A stretch of 41,215 nt of DNA from Candidatus Subteraquimicrobium carltonvillense (GCA_002339355.1 DDKQ01000113.1:1-41215); one strand, 5' to 3'. Counted from the stretch's first letter, positions 17,233-28,058 are shown. The notes: generated by a model not told the origin, from the letters alone. Translations and numbers: made by a program.

Positions 17233-18117
17233 ATGGTTAAGCAGGGAACGTATAGGGTTAAAACTGGGCTCGCTGAGATGCTCAAGGGCGGAGTGATCAT
17301 GGATGTTACCAATGCTGAACAGGCGAAGATCGCCGAAGATGCCGGTGCTGTGGCGGTCATGGCTTTGGAGCGCGTTCCAGCGGACATCCGAGCTGCAGGT
17401 GGAGTGGCACGGATGGCTGACCCAACCATAATTGAGGAGATCATGAATGTGGTAACCATCCCAGTAATGGCCAAGGTGAGAATCGGTCACTTCGTTGAGG
17501 CACAGATCTTGGAATCTCTGGGAGTGGATTTTATTGATGAAAGCGAGGTACTCACTCCGGCGGATGAAGAGCATCACATAAATAAGTGGGACTTCAAAAT
17601 TCCCTTCGTCTGTGGGGCGAGGAATCTTGGAGAGGCTTTAAGGCGCATTGGAGAGGGTGCTGCGATGATAAGGACCAAGGGGGAAGCCGGAACGGGCAAT
17701 GTGGTGGAAGCCGTTCGTCACATGCGTCTCATAATGAATGAGGCTCGGCGTCTAAAGAATCTTCGCGAGGACGAGCTCATGACGGCGGCGAAGGAATTGC
17801 AGGCTCCATATGAACTCGTTTGCCAGGTTGCCAAGAGTGGCAAACTCACCGTGGTCAATTTCGCCGCTGGTGGAATTGCAACCCCAGCGGATGCTGCTTT
17901 GATGATGCAACTCGGTGCGGATGGAGTCTTCGTGGGTTCGGGGATATTTAAATCCGAGAATCCTGCTGTGATGGCTCGGGCCATCGTTGAGGCAACCACT
18001 CATTATAATGATCCCGAGGTTCTTGCCAATGTCTCGAGGAAACTTGGCAAGGCGATGGCGGGTCTTGAAATTTCGCAAATCGGTGAGGAGGATCTACTCC
18101 AGTTTAGAGGATGGTAG
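17233..18117 (+). CDS. pdxS: Pyridoxal 5'-phosphate synthase lyase subunit PdxS
   Basis: [13 protein letters not shown]...[13 protein letters not shown]...[10 protein letters not shown]...[11 protein letters not shown]. The ATG at 17233 follows GGAGGG. The track ORF opens at a GTG at 17212. Confidence 0.93.
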   Translation: MVKQGTYRVKTGLAEMLKGGVIMDVTNAEQAKIAEDAGAVAVMALERVPADIRAAGGVARMADPTIIEEIMNVVTIPVMAKVRIGHFVEAQILESLGVDFIDESEVLTPADEEHHINKWDFKIPFVCGARNLGEALRRIGEGAAMIRTKGEAGTGNVVEAVRHMRLIMNEARRLKNLREDELMTAAKELQAPYELVCQVAKSGKLTVVNFAAGGIATPADAALMMQLGADGVFVGSGIFKSENPAVMARAIVEATTHYNDPEVLANVSRKLGKAMAGLEISQIGEEDLLQFRGW

Positions 18118-18695
18118 TGAATATAGGAGTACTCGCTCTCCAGGGAGCTGTTAGAGAGCATATTCAAATGATCGAGCGATGCAAAGCTCGGGGGATTTCC
18201 ATAAAGAGACCTCACGAGCTTTCGCTTATAGATGCCCTCATTATCCCCGGAGGAGAAAGCACCACCATCGACAAACTCATGGAAAAATACAACTTTGTGG
18301 AGACCATTCGTAAGCTTAATGCCGATGGTCTTCCCGTTTACGGCACTTGCGCGGGTTTAATCCTTTTAGCTAAGAAGATAACCGAGGGAACTCAACCCCT
18401 ACTTAAACTCATGGATATTGAGGTCAAGCGCAATGCCTTTGGAAGGCAAAGGGAAAGTTTCGAAGCCGACTTGGATATCTCTGAGCTCGGTTCCCGATCC
18501 TACAAAGGCGTCTTTATTCGTGCTCCCTGGATCGAATCGGTGGGACAGGGTGTTACCGTCATGGCGAAATTTGATGGTAAAATTATAATGGCAAGGCAGG
18601 ATAAGCTATTGGTTTCAGCTTTCCATCCCGAACTTACGGGCGATTGCAGGATTCACGAATATTTTATAGAAAGATTTGTAAAGCAAGGGTGTTAA
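18111..18695 (+). CDS. pdxT: PLP synthase glutaminase subunit PdxT
   Basis: IGVLALQG...IIPGGESTT...GTCAG...FHPE triad pattern. It overlaps the pdxS stop (ATGGTAG). Confidence 0.92.
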   Translation: MVVNIGVLALQGAVREHIQMIERCKARGISIKRPHELSLIDALIIPGGESTTIDKLMEKYNFVETIRKLNADGLPVYGTCAGLILLAKKITEGTQPLLKLMDIEVKRNAFGRQRESFEADLDISELGSRSYKGVFIRAPWIESVGQGVTVMAKFDGKIIMARQDKLLVSAFHPELTGDCRIHEYFIERFVKQGC

Positions 18696-18736
18696 AATTA
18701 GGGGAATTTTGCAGGTGACTAGATGAGGTGTTTTAA

Positions 18737-19498
18737 ATGTCTGGACATTCGAAATGGGCGCAGATAAAACACAAGAAGGTTAAAGAGGATGCTAAGAGGG
18801 GACGAATATTCAGCAGGCTCTCAAGAGCGATTATGGTTGCTGCAAAGGAGGGAGGAGGGAATCCCGATTTAAATCCCACTTTGGCGACTGCTATCCAAAA
18901 AGCTAAGGACTACAACATGCCTCACGAAAATATCGAGCGAGCGATCAAGAGAGGTACGGGGGAGTTGGGAGAAGCTAGGTTCGAACACATCATTTACGAG
19001 GGATATGGTCCCAATGGAGTAGCCATCATGGTTCATGTTTTGACGGACAACAGGAATAGAGCCGCCGCGGATATGCGTAGCATTTTCTCAAGACACCAGG
19101 GGAATTTGGGAGCAACGGGCTGTGTAAGCTGGATGTTCGATAAAAAAGGTCATATCCTGATAAACAAAGGAGAGGGAATAGACGAAGATGAACTTTTAAC
19201 CATTGCCATAGAAGCCGGTGCCGAGGATATGAGAGCGCAGAATGATCACTATGAGATCATCACCTTCCCAACAGATCTCATAAGCGTGCGCAAAACCTTG
19301 GAAGAGCATGGGATAACACCGGATTCGGCGGAGATAACTATGCTTCCGAAGAGCACCGTCAAACTCAATAAGGAAGAAGCGAAGAAGGTATTGAGGTTGA
19401 TGGATGCTCTGGAGGAGCACGACGATGTGCAGGAAATATACGCAAACTTCGATATCCCTGATGAGATACTAGAGGAACTCACTATAGGGGTAAAGTAA
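18737..19498 (+). CDS. yebC: YebC/PmpR-family transcriptional regulator
   Basis: MSGHSKWAQIKHKK...YEGYGPNGVA...DDVQ..Y.NFD, the hallmark YebC sequence. Confidence 0.92.
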   Translation: MSGHSKWAQIKHKKVKEDAKRGRIFSRLSRAIMVAAKEGGGNPDLNPTLATAIQKAKDYNMPHENIERAIKRGTGELGEARFEHIIYEGYGPNGVAIMVHVLTDNRNRAAADMRSIFSRHQGNLGATGCVSWMFDKKGHILINKGEGIDEDELLTIAIEAGAEDMRAQNDHYEIITFPTDLISVRKTLEEHGITPDSAEITMLPKSTVKLNKEEAKKVLRLMDALEEHDDVQEIYANFDIPDEILEELTIGVK

Positions 19499-19533
19499 GC
19501 CATCCAAAGTTCAAAATCCTAGACTGAATTTCA

Positions 19534-19564
19534 TTGACACCGGGTGACTTTTTTGTGTTATATT
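19534..19564 (+). promoter_or_regulatory. Putative promoter upstream of ruvC
   Basis: TTGACA (19534-19539) and an extended -10 TGtTATATT (19556-19564), with a 19-nt spacer to the hexamer. Confidence 0.4.
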
Positions 19565-19601
19565 ATATGAAACAAATGTTCGATTTCATTAGAGGATTTT
19601 C

Positions 19602-20123
19602 ATGATTATTCTGGGGATTGACCCGGGGACTGCCTGTACCGGTTATGGTATCGTCGATTACCGATGGGATGAATTCAAACTGAAGCGTTATGGTTGTATC
19701 AGGACCAAAGCTAGTCTCCCTACCCATCAAAGACTTCGAGAAATCTATGCGAGGCTGGTGGAGATAATAGAGGAAAATCAGCCCGATGAGCTGGTCTTGG
19801 AGCAGCTCTTTTTCAGCGAGAATGCTCAAACCGCAATGGCTGTGGGACAGGTTCGCGGAATAGCCCTTCTGGCCGCGGCAAATTGTAATTTAAGGACATT
19901 CGAGTATACTCCCCTACAGATAAAACAAGCTGTGGCGGGATATGGTAGGGCTCGCAAGGAGCAAATTCAGTACATGGTCAAGACCATCCTCGGTCTTGCC
20001 GAAACTCCCAAGCCGGACGACGCGGCGGATGCTTTAGCTTTGGCCATATGTCATGCCCACTGCAAGAGGATGGGAGAGAAGATATGGACGAACGTCGAAG
20101 GACGAAGGTCGAACGAGCGATGA
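19602..20123 (+). CDS. ruvC: Crossover junction endodeoxyribonuclease RuvC
   Basis: ILGIDPG...GYGIV start, and EQLFF...KQAVAGYGRA.K.Q...PDDAADALA.AICH. The last ~12 codons are encoded by a heptamer array. Confidence 0.9.
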   Translation: MIILGIDPGTACTGYGIVDYRWDEFKLKRYGCIRTKASLPTHQRLREIYARLVEIIEENQPDELVLEQLFFSENAQTAMAVGQVRGIALLAAANCNLRTFEYTPLQIKQAVAGYGRARKEQIQYMVKTILGLAETPKPDDAADALALAICHAHCKRMGEKIWTNVEGRRSNER

Positions 20124-20157
20124 AGAACGAAACTAACCAGCCAACAAGCCAACTATT
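20087..20157. repeat. Heptamer tandem array (GWCGAAS family) followed by an AGCCAAC duplication
   Basis: GACGAAC/GTCGAAG/GACGAAG/GTCGAAC/GAGCGAT/GAAGAAC/GAAACTA from 20087, in an exact 7-nt register. Then CCAGCCAACAAGCCAAC. The array spans the ruvC stop (20121-20123). Confidence 0.8.
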
Positions 20158-20176
20158 GTGAAAGGGGAAGTATCAT

Positions 20177-20776
20177 TTGATAGCATTTTTAAGGGGGAAA
20201 GTACAGGGTAAGACGGACCGTTGTGTTGTCCTGGATGTCAATGGGATTGGCTATGAGCTTTTTCTATCCACCAATTCTCTCTCCAAAGTACCTGCAATTG
20301 GGGAAACTGCCAGTTTATATACCTATCTCCATGTAAGGGATGATGCTTTGCAGCTTTACGGTTTTACTACTCCTTGTGAAAGGGAGCTTTTTGAGTATCT
20401 ATTGTCGGTTACCGGCGTTGGCCCAAAAGTTGCACTGGCTATTCTCTCTGCGTTTTCCGTTAATTCTTTAAAGGAAGCCATTGTACGAGAGGATGTGGAA
20501 CTCATTAGTGCCATCCCCGGCATAGGGAAGAAGAGTGCCCAAAGGCTAATTTTGGAGTTGAAGGGGAGACTATCTCTGCCTGAGGTTGCCACCCTTTCCC
20601 AGGAAAGGGGTAAGAGCTCTACCTATGCCCAGGCGAGAAAGGCTTTAATGGCTTTGGGCTACTCCGCTGCGGAGGCAAAGAACGCTCTGGAAGGTTTCCC
20701 CCATGACAAGGGAGAAATCTCCACCGAGGAGCTTTTGAAGTACGCCCTGAGAAATTTGGCATCAAACCAGCGATAA
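20177..20776 (+). CDS. ruvA: Holliday junction DNA helicase subunit RuvA
   Basis: MIAFLRGKV...GIGYEL..., HhH motifs (GVGPKVALAIL, IPGIGKKSAQR) and C-terminal domain III. TTG start. Confidence 0.9.
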   Translation: MIAFLRGKVQGKTDRCVVLDVNGIGYELFLSTNSLSKVPAIGETASLYTYLHVRDDALQLYGFTTPCERELFEYLLSVTGVGPKVALAILSAFSVNSLKEAIVREDVELISAIPGIGKKSAQRLILELKGRLSLPEVATLSQERGKSSTYAQARKALMALGYSAAEAKNALEGFPHDKGEISTEELLKYALRNLASNQR

Positions 20777-20832
20777 TCCAAAATTTAAAAATCAAAATGC
20801 AAAGTGGCAAATTAAAATTCATTTTACATTAA
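20777..20832. repeat. AT-rich heptamer array (NNCAAAA family) in the ruvA-ruvB spacer
   Basis: TCCAAAA/TTTAAAA/ATCAAAA/TGCAAAG/TGGCAAA/TTAAAAT/TCATTTT/ACATTAA in a 7-nt register, starting directly after the ruvA stop. Confidence 0.65.
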
Positions 20833-20849
20833 AGGGTTAGGAGATAGTT

Positions 20850-21866
20850 ATGGAGGAAAGGATTTTATCCGCTAAGCTAACACTCGAGGATATCGAATAC
20901 GATAAGACCCTTCGCCCCAGATGGATGGAAGAATTCATAGGACAGGCGAGGGTAAAAGAAAATCTTCAAATTTTTATTTCAGCGGCTAAAGCCCGAGGGG
21001 AGGCTTTAGATCACGTACTTTTATCGGGTCCACCCGGACTAGGTAAGACCACTCTGGCTGGCATCATTGCGAATGAGTTGGGTGTGAGCATAAAGGTGAC
21101 CTCGGGACCAGCACTGGAGAGGGCAGGGGATTTGGCAGCAATCCTCACCAATCTCCAACCCCAAGATGTATTGTTCATCGATGAGATCCATCGATTGAGT
21201 CGGACGGTGGAGGAAATTTTATACCCAGCGATGGAGGATTTTAAAATTGACATCATCATTGGAAAGGGCGCCGGGGCAAGATCTTTAAGGTTGGACACCC
21301 CGCCCTTCACGCTGGTTGGAGCCACTACACGAACTGGGCTCATTACTTCCCCACTCAGAGACAGATTCGGTGTGAATTGTAGACTTGAATATTACACTGA
21401 GGATGAACTCTTTGCCATAGTTGGACGTTCGGCATCCATCCTCAAGGTAGATATTGATACCGAAGGAGCTCAGGAAATAGCCCGCCGTTCCAGGGGAACC
21501 CCTCGTGTGGCGAACCGGCTCTTGAAGAGAGTTCGGGACTATGCCGAGGTCAAAAGCGATGGAAAGGTTACCAAGGGAATAGGCTGTGAGGCCTTGGCCT
21601 TCTTTGAGGTGGATGAAAAGGGATTAGACAAACTGGATCAGAGAATTTTGCTCACCCTCATTGAGAAATTTGGAGGAACCCCCGTTGGGCTGAATACCCT
21701 GGCGGTTGCCGTTGGGGAGGAGCCCGAAACCATCGAGGATGTTTATGAGCCCTATCTTCTCCAATTGGGATTCCTTCAGCGAACACCGCGCGGTAGAATT
21801 CCCACCGAACTCGCCTACAAACATCTGGGCATATCCGATCCCAGACATCAAAATAAACTATTTTAA
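20850..21866 (+). CDS. ruvB: Holliday junction DNA helicase RuvB
   Basis: LRP..ZZEFIGQ..., Walker [10 protein letters not shown], Walker B LFIDEIHR, sensor and RuvB C-terminal winged helix. Confidence 0.95.
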   Translation: MEERILSAKLTLEDIEYDKTLRPRWMEEFIGQARVKENLQIFISAAKARGEALDHVLLSGPPGLGKTTLAGIIANELGVSIKVTSGPALERAGDLAAILTNLQPQDVLFIDEIHRLSRTVEEILYPAMEDFKIDIIIGKGAGARSLRLDTPPFTLVGATTRTGLITSPLRDRFGVNCRLEYYTEDELFAIVGRSASILKVDIDTEGAQEIARRSRGTPRVANRLLKRVRDYAEVKSDGKVTKGIGCEALAFFEVDEKGLDKLDQRILLTLIEKFGGTPVGLNTLAVAVGEEPETIEDVYEPYLLQLGFLQRTPRGRIPTELAYKHLGISDPRHQNKLF

Positions 21867-22033
21867 GTAAACTTGTAGCGAACCTTAAGTTAACCCCTTT
21901 AGGAATATTAAAAACATATTTCGGGAGAATTCGATGAACTCTATACAAATTTGTAGGAGAGTAAAGAACTTTAGCGCTTTACATAGTGAATATAAGTAAA
22001 GTAAAATATCAGAAAGTAAAAGGAAAAAGAGAG

Positions 22034-22273
22034 ATGGAAAAGTCGGTCAAGATAAGCAGCAAATATCAGATCGTTATCCCGAAGGAAATACGGAGAGCTT
22101 TGCGTTTGGAGAAAGGCGACGAGCTCGTTTTCGTAGCGGAGGGAGGCGTCATTCACCTTAAAGCAAAGCCCAGGAGCTATGTGGAGCACATGAAGGGCCT
22201 ACATCGCGAGCTCTGGGAAGGCATGGATGTCAACAGATATCTTCAGGGAGAGAGGGAAACCTGGGAAAGTTAA
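22034..22273 (+). CDS. vapB: AbrB/MazE/SpoVT-type antitoxin (VapB-like)
   Basis: ISSKYQIVIPKEIRRALRLEKGDELVF is a swapped-hairpin AbrB motif. The ATG at 22034 has a purine-rich SD. The track ORF opens at 21986. Confidence 0.75.
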   Translation: MEKSVKISSKYQIVIPKEIRRALRLEKGDELVFVAEGGVIHLKAKPRSYVEHMKGLHRELWEGMDVNRYLQGERETWES

Positions 22274-22297
22274 CATCAGGACTTAGGAGAAAATGAA

Positions 22298-22714
22298 GTG
22301 ATCGGATTAGATACCGCCATTTTTATATTTCATTTTGAAGAGAATCAGAAATATCTCAAGATCACCTCGGCTATCCTTGGAGCTATCGAGGAAGGCAAGG
22401 TAAAGGGAGTAACTTCGATAATCACATTGATGGAGATACTGGCAAAACCGAAGGCGGAAAACAATCAAACAGCTGTTGAGGAGTACAAATTCGTTTTGAA
22501 TACATTCCCGAATCTCAAGGTATTGAACATCGATACGCGCATTGCGGAGAAGGCTGCGGAACTCAAGGCGAGATATGGAATCACCTCGAGGGATGCCATC
22601 CAGGCGGCGACGAGCATTTTAAATGGAGCTGATACTTTTATAACAAACGATCCCAACTTGAGGAAGGTAGAGGAGATCAAGGTTTTAACCCTGGATGAGA
22701 TGCTCGAATTGTGA
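22298..22714 (+). CDS. vapC: PIN-domain ribonuclease toxin VapC
   Basis: 138 aa. It shows the LDT (Asp4) start, ..E.., SRDAIQAAT and ITNDPNL, the acidic quartet pattern of PIN domains. GTG start after AGGAGA. Confidence 0.8.
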   Translation: MIGLDTAIFIFHFEENQKYLKITSAILGAIEEGKVKGVTSIITLMEILAKPKAENNQTAVEEYKFVLNTFPNLKVLNIDTRIAEKAAELKARYGITSRDAIQAATSILNGADTFITNDPNLRKVEEIKVLTLDEMLEL

Positions 22715-22989
22715 GCTCGGTTTTGAGGAAGTAGCACCCTCTTCACTTTTGAATCGGTAGATTCGGGACCCGTACTGAGATTTCCTTTGGTTTCCGGCAA
22801 TAGTCGGTTTTGTAAGAAATCCGCGCTCTTAAAAATTATCCCCACGAGGAAAAAATCTCATCATCGATCCTCCGCAAGATTTACAACTTTTGATGGGAGG
22901 ATCACTGAACTTTTGAAATATGGAATATTGTTCCAAAATGTTTTATTCTAAAGTCGTGATATTTTTCAATCAATTGAGGAGGTGTGAAA

Positions 22990-23460
22990 ATGGCGATTTG
23001 TCCCGATGTCAAGGAATATCTGAAAAAAAAGGGTGTCTCATACGAACATATTACCCATCCCCAAGTTTTCAGTTACATTGAAGAGGCGAAAGCGTTGGGA
23101 ATAGAAGCGGATGAGATCGCCAAAAATTTAATCATAAAGATAAAGGACAGGCGCGCTTTTGCCGTTTTACCAGGGGCACATAGATTGGACATGCACAAAC
23201 TGAGAGAGGTTGTGGGGTCAAGTCATGCCCGATTGATCATGGAAGAAGAGATGGCAGCGGAATTCCCCAAGTACGAGATCGGTGCGGTTCCACCCTTGGG
23301 AGAGCTATTTGGTATTCCCGTCTATGTGGACAAGAGTCTGCTGGATCACGAGACGGTGATCTTTACCGGGGGCACACACACCGATTCCATTAGGATGAAT
23401 TGTCGGGATTTTGTAAATCTAGTCAACCCCAGGGTTGTAGATTTAGCTGAAGAAGTTTAG
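22990..23460 (+). CDS. YbaK/EbsC-family aminoacyl-tRNA deacylase (trans-editing domain)
   Basis: About 156 aa with K.L..K......A.VLPG...D..KL and GAVPPLG motifs. The ATG at 22990 is best spaced from GAGGAGG. The track starts at a GTG at 22984. Confidence 0.7.
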   Translation: MAICPDVKEYLKKKGVSYEHITHPQVFSYIEEAKALGIEADEIAKNLIIKIKDRRAFAVLPGAHRLDMHKLREVVGSSHARLIMEEEMAAEFPKYEIGAVPPLGELFGIPVYVDKSLLDHETVIFTGGTHTDSIRMNCRDFVNLVNPRVVDLAEEV

Positions 23461-23552
23461 CGGGCTTCGATTCACGTAAATGGAATCGATCTCGGAACAT
23501 GGTATACAATTGGGAAGAATTGCGAGCTCAAACTCGAAGATGGTGAAGAGGG

Positions 23553-24644
23553 TTGAAAAGGACGGGAATTGCCAATTTGCCACTGCATTATGGCAGGACT
23601 CCTCCTTGGCTTTTCCAAAGGATGAAGGAGTTAGCTAGAGAGATTACCCTGTTCATCGTGGGCGAATTTGGACCAGAGGAAATGCTCAAAAAGCTCTCCG
23701 ATCCCTTGTGGCTCCAGGCTTTTGGCTGTGTCTTGGGATTTGACTGGCACTCCAGTGGCGTGACCACAACGGTTTGTGGGGCATTGAAGGAGAGCATCAG
23801 GGGACTTGAGGGAGATTTAGGTTTATTTGTGGCCGGGGGCAAGGGAAAGGTCTCTCGAAGGACCCCTTCGGAGATTGAAGGTTTCGGGGATTTGCTCTCG
23901 GTCGATCCACTAACATTGGTTTATGCCAGCAGAATGGCGGCCAAAATTGACAGCGCGGCCCTTCAAGATGGCTTTCAGCTCTATCATCATTCCTTCGTCT
24001 TTACCATCAAGGGTTCTTGGGCTGTGGTTCAGCAGGGAATGAATGAAGAGACCCGATATGCCAGGAGATATCATTGGCTTGGCGATGAACTTAAGAGCTT
24101 TGTTTGCGAGCCCCATTATGCCATCTGCTGTGATCAGAGGAGAAGACCTCTAAATATGGTTGCGAGGGAGAGTGGTGATGCGAGGAACGCGAGCACATCG
24201 CTTTCCCGTGAGAAACCCGAGCGCTTGGTTTCAACCCTCAAGAGGCTACAAACACTGGATTTACCGGCCTCGCATCAAATTCTCGTTCACGATTTATCCT
24301 CTGAGACCTTGGGAAGGATTTTCCTCAAGACTTATGAAAGACAGCCCGAGGATTTCGAAAGACTTTTGGGGATTGAAGGGGTTGGTCCCAAAACGATTCG
24401 AGCCCTCGGTTTGATTTCCGAACTTGTCTATGGAGTGGCTCCGAGTTTTCGCGATCCGGTTAAGTACAGCTTTGCTCACGGCGGAAAGGATGGTCATCCC
24501 TATCCCGTGGACAGGGAAACCTATGATAAATCCATAGAAATTTTGAGGGTGGCGGTGACTCACGCCAAAATCGGGCGAAGGGAGAAATTAGAGGCCATCA
24601 AAAGACTCTCTTACCCCTTGCCCAAACGAACATCGCGTTTATAA
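23553..24644 (+). CDS. DUF763-family protein with a helix-hairpin-helix motif
   Basis: 363 aa. The N-terminus TGIANLPLHYGRTPPWLFQRMKELA and the stretch WLQAFGCVLGFDWHSSGVTTTVCGALKE match my recollection of DUF763. LLGIEGVGPKTIRALGLISELV is an HhH motif. TTG start. Confidence 0.6.
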   Translation: MKRTGIANLPLHYGRTPPWLFQRMKELAREITLFIVGEFGPEEMLKKLSDPLWLQAFGCVLGFDWHSSGVTTTVCGALKESIRGLEGDLGLFVAGGKGKVSRRTPSEIEGFGDLLSVDPLTLVYASRMAAKIDSAALQDGFQLYHHSFVFTIKGSWAVVQQGMNEETRYARRYHWLGDELKSFVCEPHYAICCDQRRRPLNMVARESGDARNASTSLSREKPERLVSTLKRLQTLDLPASHQILVHDLSSETLGRIFLKTYERQPEDFERLLGIEGVGPKTIRALGLISELVYGVAPSFRDPVKYSFAHGGKDGHPYPVDRETYDKSIEILRVAVTHAKIGRREKLEAIKRLSYPLPKRTSRL

Positions 24645-24662
24645 TTTTGAGGCGGTGAGAAC

Positions 24663-25220
24663 ATGAAGGTCCTTTTACATACCTGTTGTGCACCCTGTCT
24701 CTTATCCCCATGGGAGCGATTAAAGAAGGAAAATTATGAGGTCATTTGCCTGTTTTACAATCCAAATATCCAGCCCTTTCAGGAGTATGAGAAGAGGTTA
24801 AATTGCCTGAAGAAATTCTGTGAGGAGAATGAAATAAAACTCATAGAGGGAGCTTACGATATAGATCGCTTCTTCCAGGATGTTGTCTATCGGGAGAGGG
24901 TAAGGTGTCCCATCTGCTACAGGTTGAGGCTCACGGAAACCGCAAAGGTAGCTAGAAGGGGTGGATTTGACTACTTCTCCACAACGCTTTTGGTGAGTCC
25001 TTTTCAGAAACACGATTTAATCCGCGAGATTGGTCAAGATATTTCCGAGCGATACGACGTTCCCTTTCTTTACCTCGATTTTCGGAAGGGTTGGAAGAAA
25101 GCTGTGGTCAAATCCCGCAAGTTGGAGCTGTATAGGCAGCAATATTGCGGGTGCATTTACAGTGAGAAAGAGCGATATTACAAGCCACACCTCGTTGGCA
25201 AAGGGATGTCTAAGAAATAG
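24663..25220 (+). CDS. queH: Epoxyqueuosine reductase QueH (DUF208)
   Basis: LLHTCCAPC near the N-terminus, CPICYRLRL, and YCGCIYSE, the QueH cysteine pattern. Confidence 0.85.
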   Translation: MKVLLHTCCAPCLLSPWERLKKENYEVICLFYNPNIQPFQEYEKRLNCLKKFCEENEIKLIEGAYDIDRFFQDVVYRERVRCPICYRLRLTETAKVARRGGFDYFSTTLLVSPFQKHDLIREIGQDISERYDVPFLYLDFRKGWKKAVVKSRKLELYRQQYCGCIYSEKERYYKPHLVGKGMSKK

Positions 25221-25245
25221 GCAGATTTTGTGGTGGGTGACTTCG

Positions 25246-25476
25246 ATGGATCTGCAAAGTCTGGGGAAAATAATACTTCTATTTGGACTCATCCTCTTCA
25301 TCACCGGCGGATTGCTCTATTTCTTTGGCAAGGGGCTTGGGTTGCAGCGCTTTCCCGGTGACATCCTTTACCGCAGGGGGAATTTCACCTTTTATTTCCC
25401 ACTCGGGGCTTGTATCCTTATAAGCATCGTTTTGACCATTCTCTTAAATCTTCTCTTTCTCCTCATGAGGCATTAG
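25246..25476 (+). CDS. DUF2905-family small membrane protein (YrzS-like)
   Basis: 76 aa. LGLQRFPGDILYRRGNFTFYFPLGACILISIVLT is the DUF2905 signature. It lies inside the longer track ORF 25030-25476, whose 5' part overlaps queH. Confidence 0.75.
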   Translation: MDLQSLGKIILLFGLILFITGGLLYFFGKGLGLQRFPGDILYRRGNFTFYFPLGACILISIVLTILLNLLFLLMRH

Positions 25477-25488
25477 GGGCTTCCACCG

Positions 25489-26550
25489 ATGAAGATTTCC
25501 GAGTTCGATTACTCACTCCCTGAAAACCTCATAGCTCAAAACCCCATAGAACCTCGGGATAGTTCACGTTTGATGATCATCGATCGAACGACTGGGAAAT
25601 TCGAACACAGGATCTTTCGCGATTTACCTCATTATCTTAGCTGGGGGGACTGCTTGGTGCTCAACGATACCAGGGTTCTCCCAGCTAGATTACGAGGTTA
25701 CAAGGCAAAGACTAAAGGTAAGGTTGAGGTTTTACTTCTGCAGCGAGTTGAGGATAGAAAGTGGGAGGCACTAGTTAAACCGGGGAGAAAGCTCCCTCCA
25801 GGAGTGGATTTAATCTTCGGTGACGGATTATTACTGGGCCATATCGAAGAAAGATTGCCCGGAGGTGGGCGGATAATTTCCTTTGAATGTCAAGGGGATT
25901 TCAAGGAGGTTTTGAATCGAATAGGAGAGGTACCACTACCTCCATATATCCATGAAACCTTGGAGGATAAAGAGCGCTATCAAACTATCTATGCGAGGAG
26001 AGAGGAATCGATAGCGGCACCGACCGCTGGTCTACATTTCACCCCATCTCTTCTCAAAGATTTGGAGAGAAAGGGTGTTCGTTTCGTCTTTGTAACCTTG
26101 CAGGTGGAGTTGGATACCTTTCGACCGGTGAGAGTAGAGAATGTCGAGGAGCACAAAATCCACAGCGAATACTTCCAATTGAGCCAGGCTTCGGCTGAAC
26201 TCATCAATCGGACCATCAATGAGGGAAAGAGGGTAATCGCCGTGGGTACGACCTCGGCAAGGACATTGGAGACCGTTGCTGTCCGAAGTCCGAATCCCGA
26301 ATCCCCGGGGTCGATGGGGAGGAAATGGCGAGTTGGGGCAGGGAAAGGTTGGACAGAGCTATTTATTTATCCCGGATTTGATTTTAAAATTGTTGATGCG
26401 CTGATAACCAACTTCCATTTGCCCAAATCGACCACGCTCATACTCGTTTCCGCTTTTGCGGGTAGGGATTTAATCATACGTGCTTATCGGGAAGCAATCG
26501 ATAGGGGGTATAGGTTTCTTAGCTTTGGAGATGCGATGCTCATCCTCTAG
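25489..26550 (+). CDS. queA: S-adenosylmethionine:tRNA ribosyltransferase-isomerase QueA
   Basis: FDY.LPE.LIAQ.P...RD.SRLM, LPPYI, APTAGLHFT, VGTTS.RTLE and SFGDAMLI. Confidence 0.93.
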   Translation: MKISEFDYSLPENLIAQNPIEPRDSSRLMIIDRTTGKFEHRIFRDLPHYLSWGDCLVLNDTRVLPARLRGYKAKTKGKVEVLLLQRVEDRKWEALVKPGRKLPPGVDLIFGDGLLLGHIEERLPGGGRIISFECQGDFKEVLNRIGEVPLPPYIHETLEDKERYQTIYARREESIAAPTAGLHFTPSLLKDLERKGVRFVFVTLQVELDTFRPVRVENVEEHKIHSEYFQLSQASAELINRTINEGKRVIAVGTTSARTLETVAVRSPNPESPGSMGRKWRVGAGKGWTELFIYPGFDFKIVDALITNFHLPKSTTLILVSAFAGRDLIIRAYREAIDRGYRFLSFGDAMLIL

Positions 26551-26593
26551 CACCTACGGTGCTAGCAAAAGATGTTAACTGTGAACAATTAGA

Positions 26594-27723
<1,130 letters not shown>

Positions 27724-27788
27724 ATAAAAAGGATTTTCACTGGATTATATGGAACGTAAAGCCAAAATGAGATGAAAGGACTGATGTT

Positions 27789-28058
27789 ATGGACACGGGT
27801 CAATATGCTTCCGTCATTTGGTTGGTTCTTCTGCTTGCAATTTTTTACTTTCTCTTAATCCGTCCCCAGCAGCAGCGGGCAAGGAGACACCAGAAGTTGA
27901 TATCCGAGCTAAGGGTGGGTGATAAAGTGGTGACCATCGGGGGGATACACGGTGTAATTAAATCGCTCACTGAAAACACGGTTTCGCTGAAAATTGCGGA
28001 GAATATCAAGATCACTGTGGACAGAAAGGCCATTGGGCGCAGAAGAGAACAACCTTGA
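27789..28058 (+). CDS. yajC: Preprotein translocase subunit YajC
   Basis: 89 aa with one TM helix. Then FYFLLIRPQQQRARRHQKLISELRVGDKVVTIGGIHG, a typical YajC sequence. Confidence 0.9.
   Translation: MDTGQYASVIWLVLLLAIFYFLLIRPQQQRARRHQKLISELRVGDKVVTIGGIHGVIKSLTENTVSLKIAENIKITVDRKAIGRRREQP

Noticed and set aside
25030-25245. An N-terminal extension of the DUF2905 ORF (148-aa track ORF).
   Set aside because: The extension overlaps queH out of frame, and the family is a ~70-80 aa two-TM protein. The Met at 25246 gives the canonical length.
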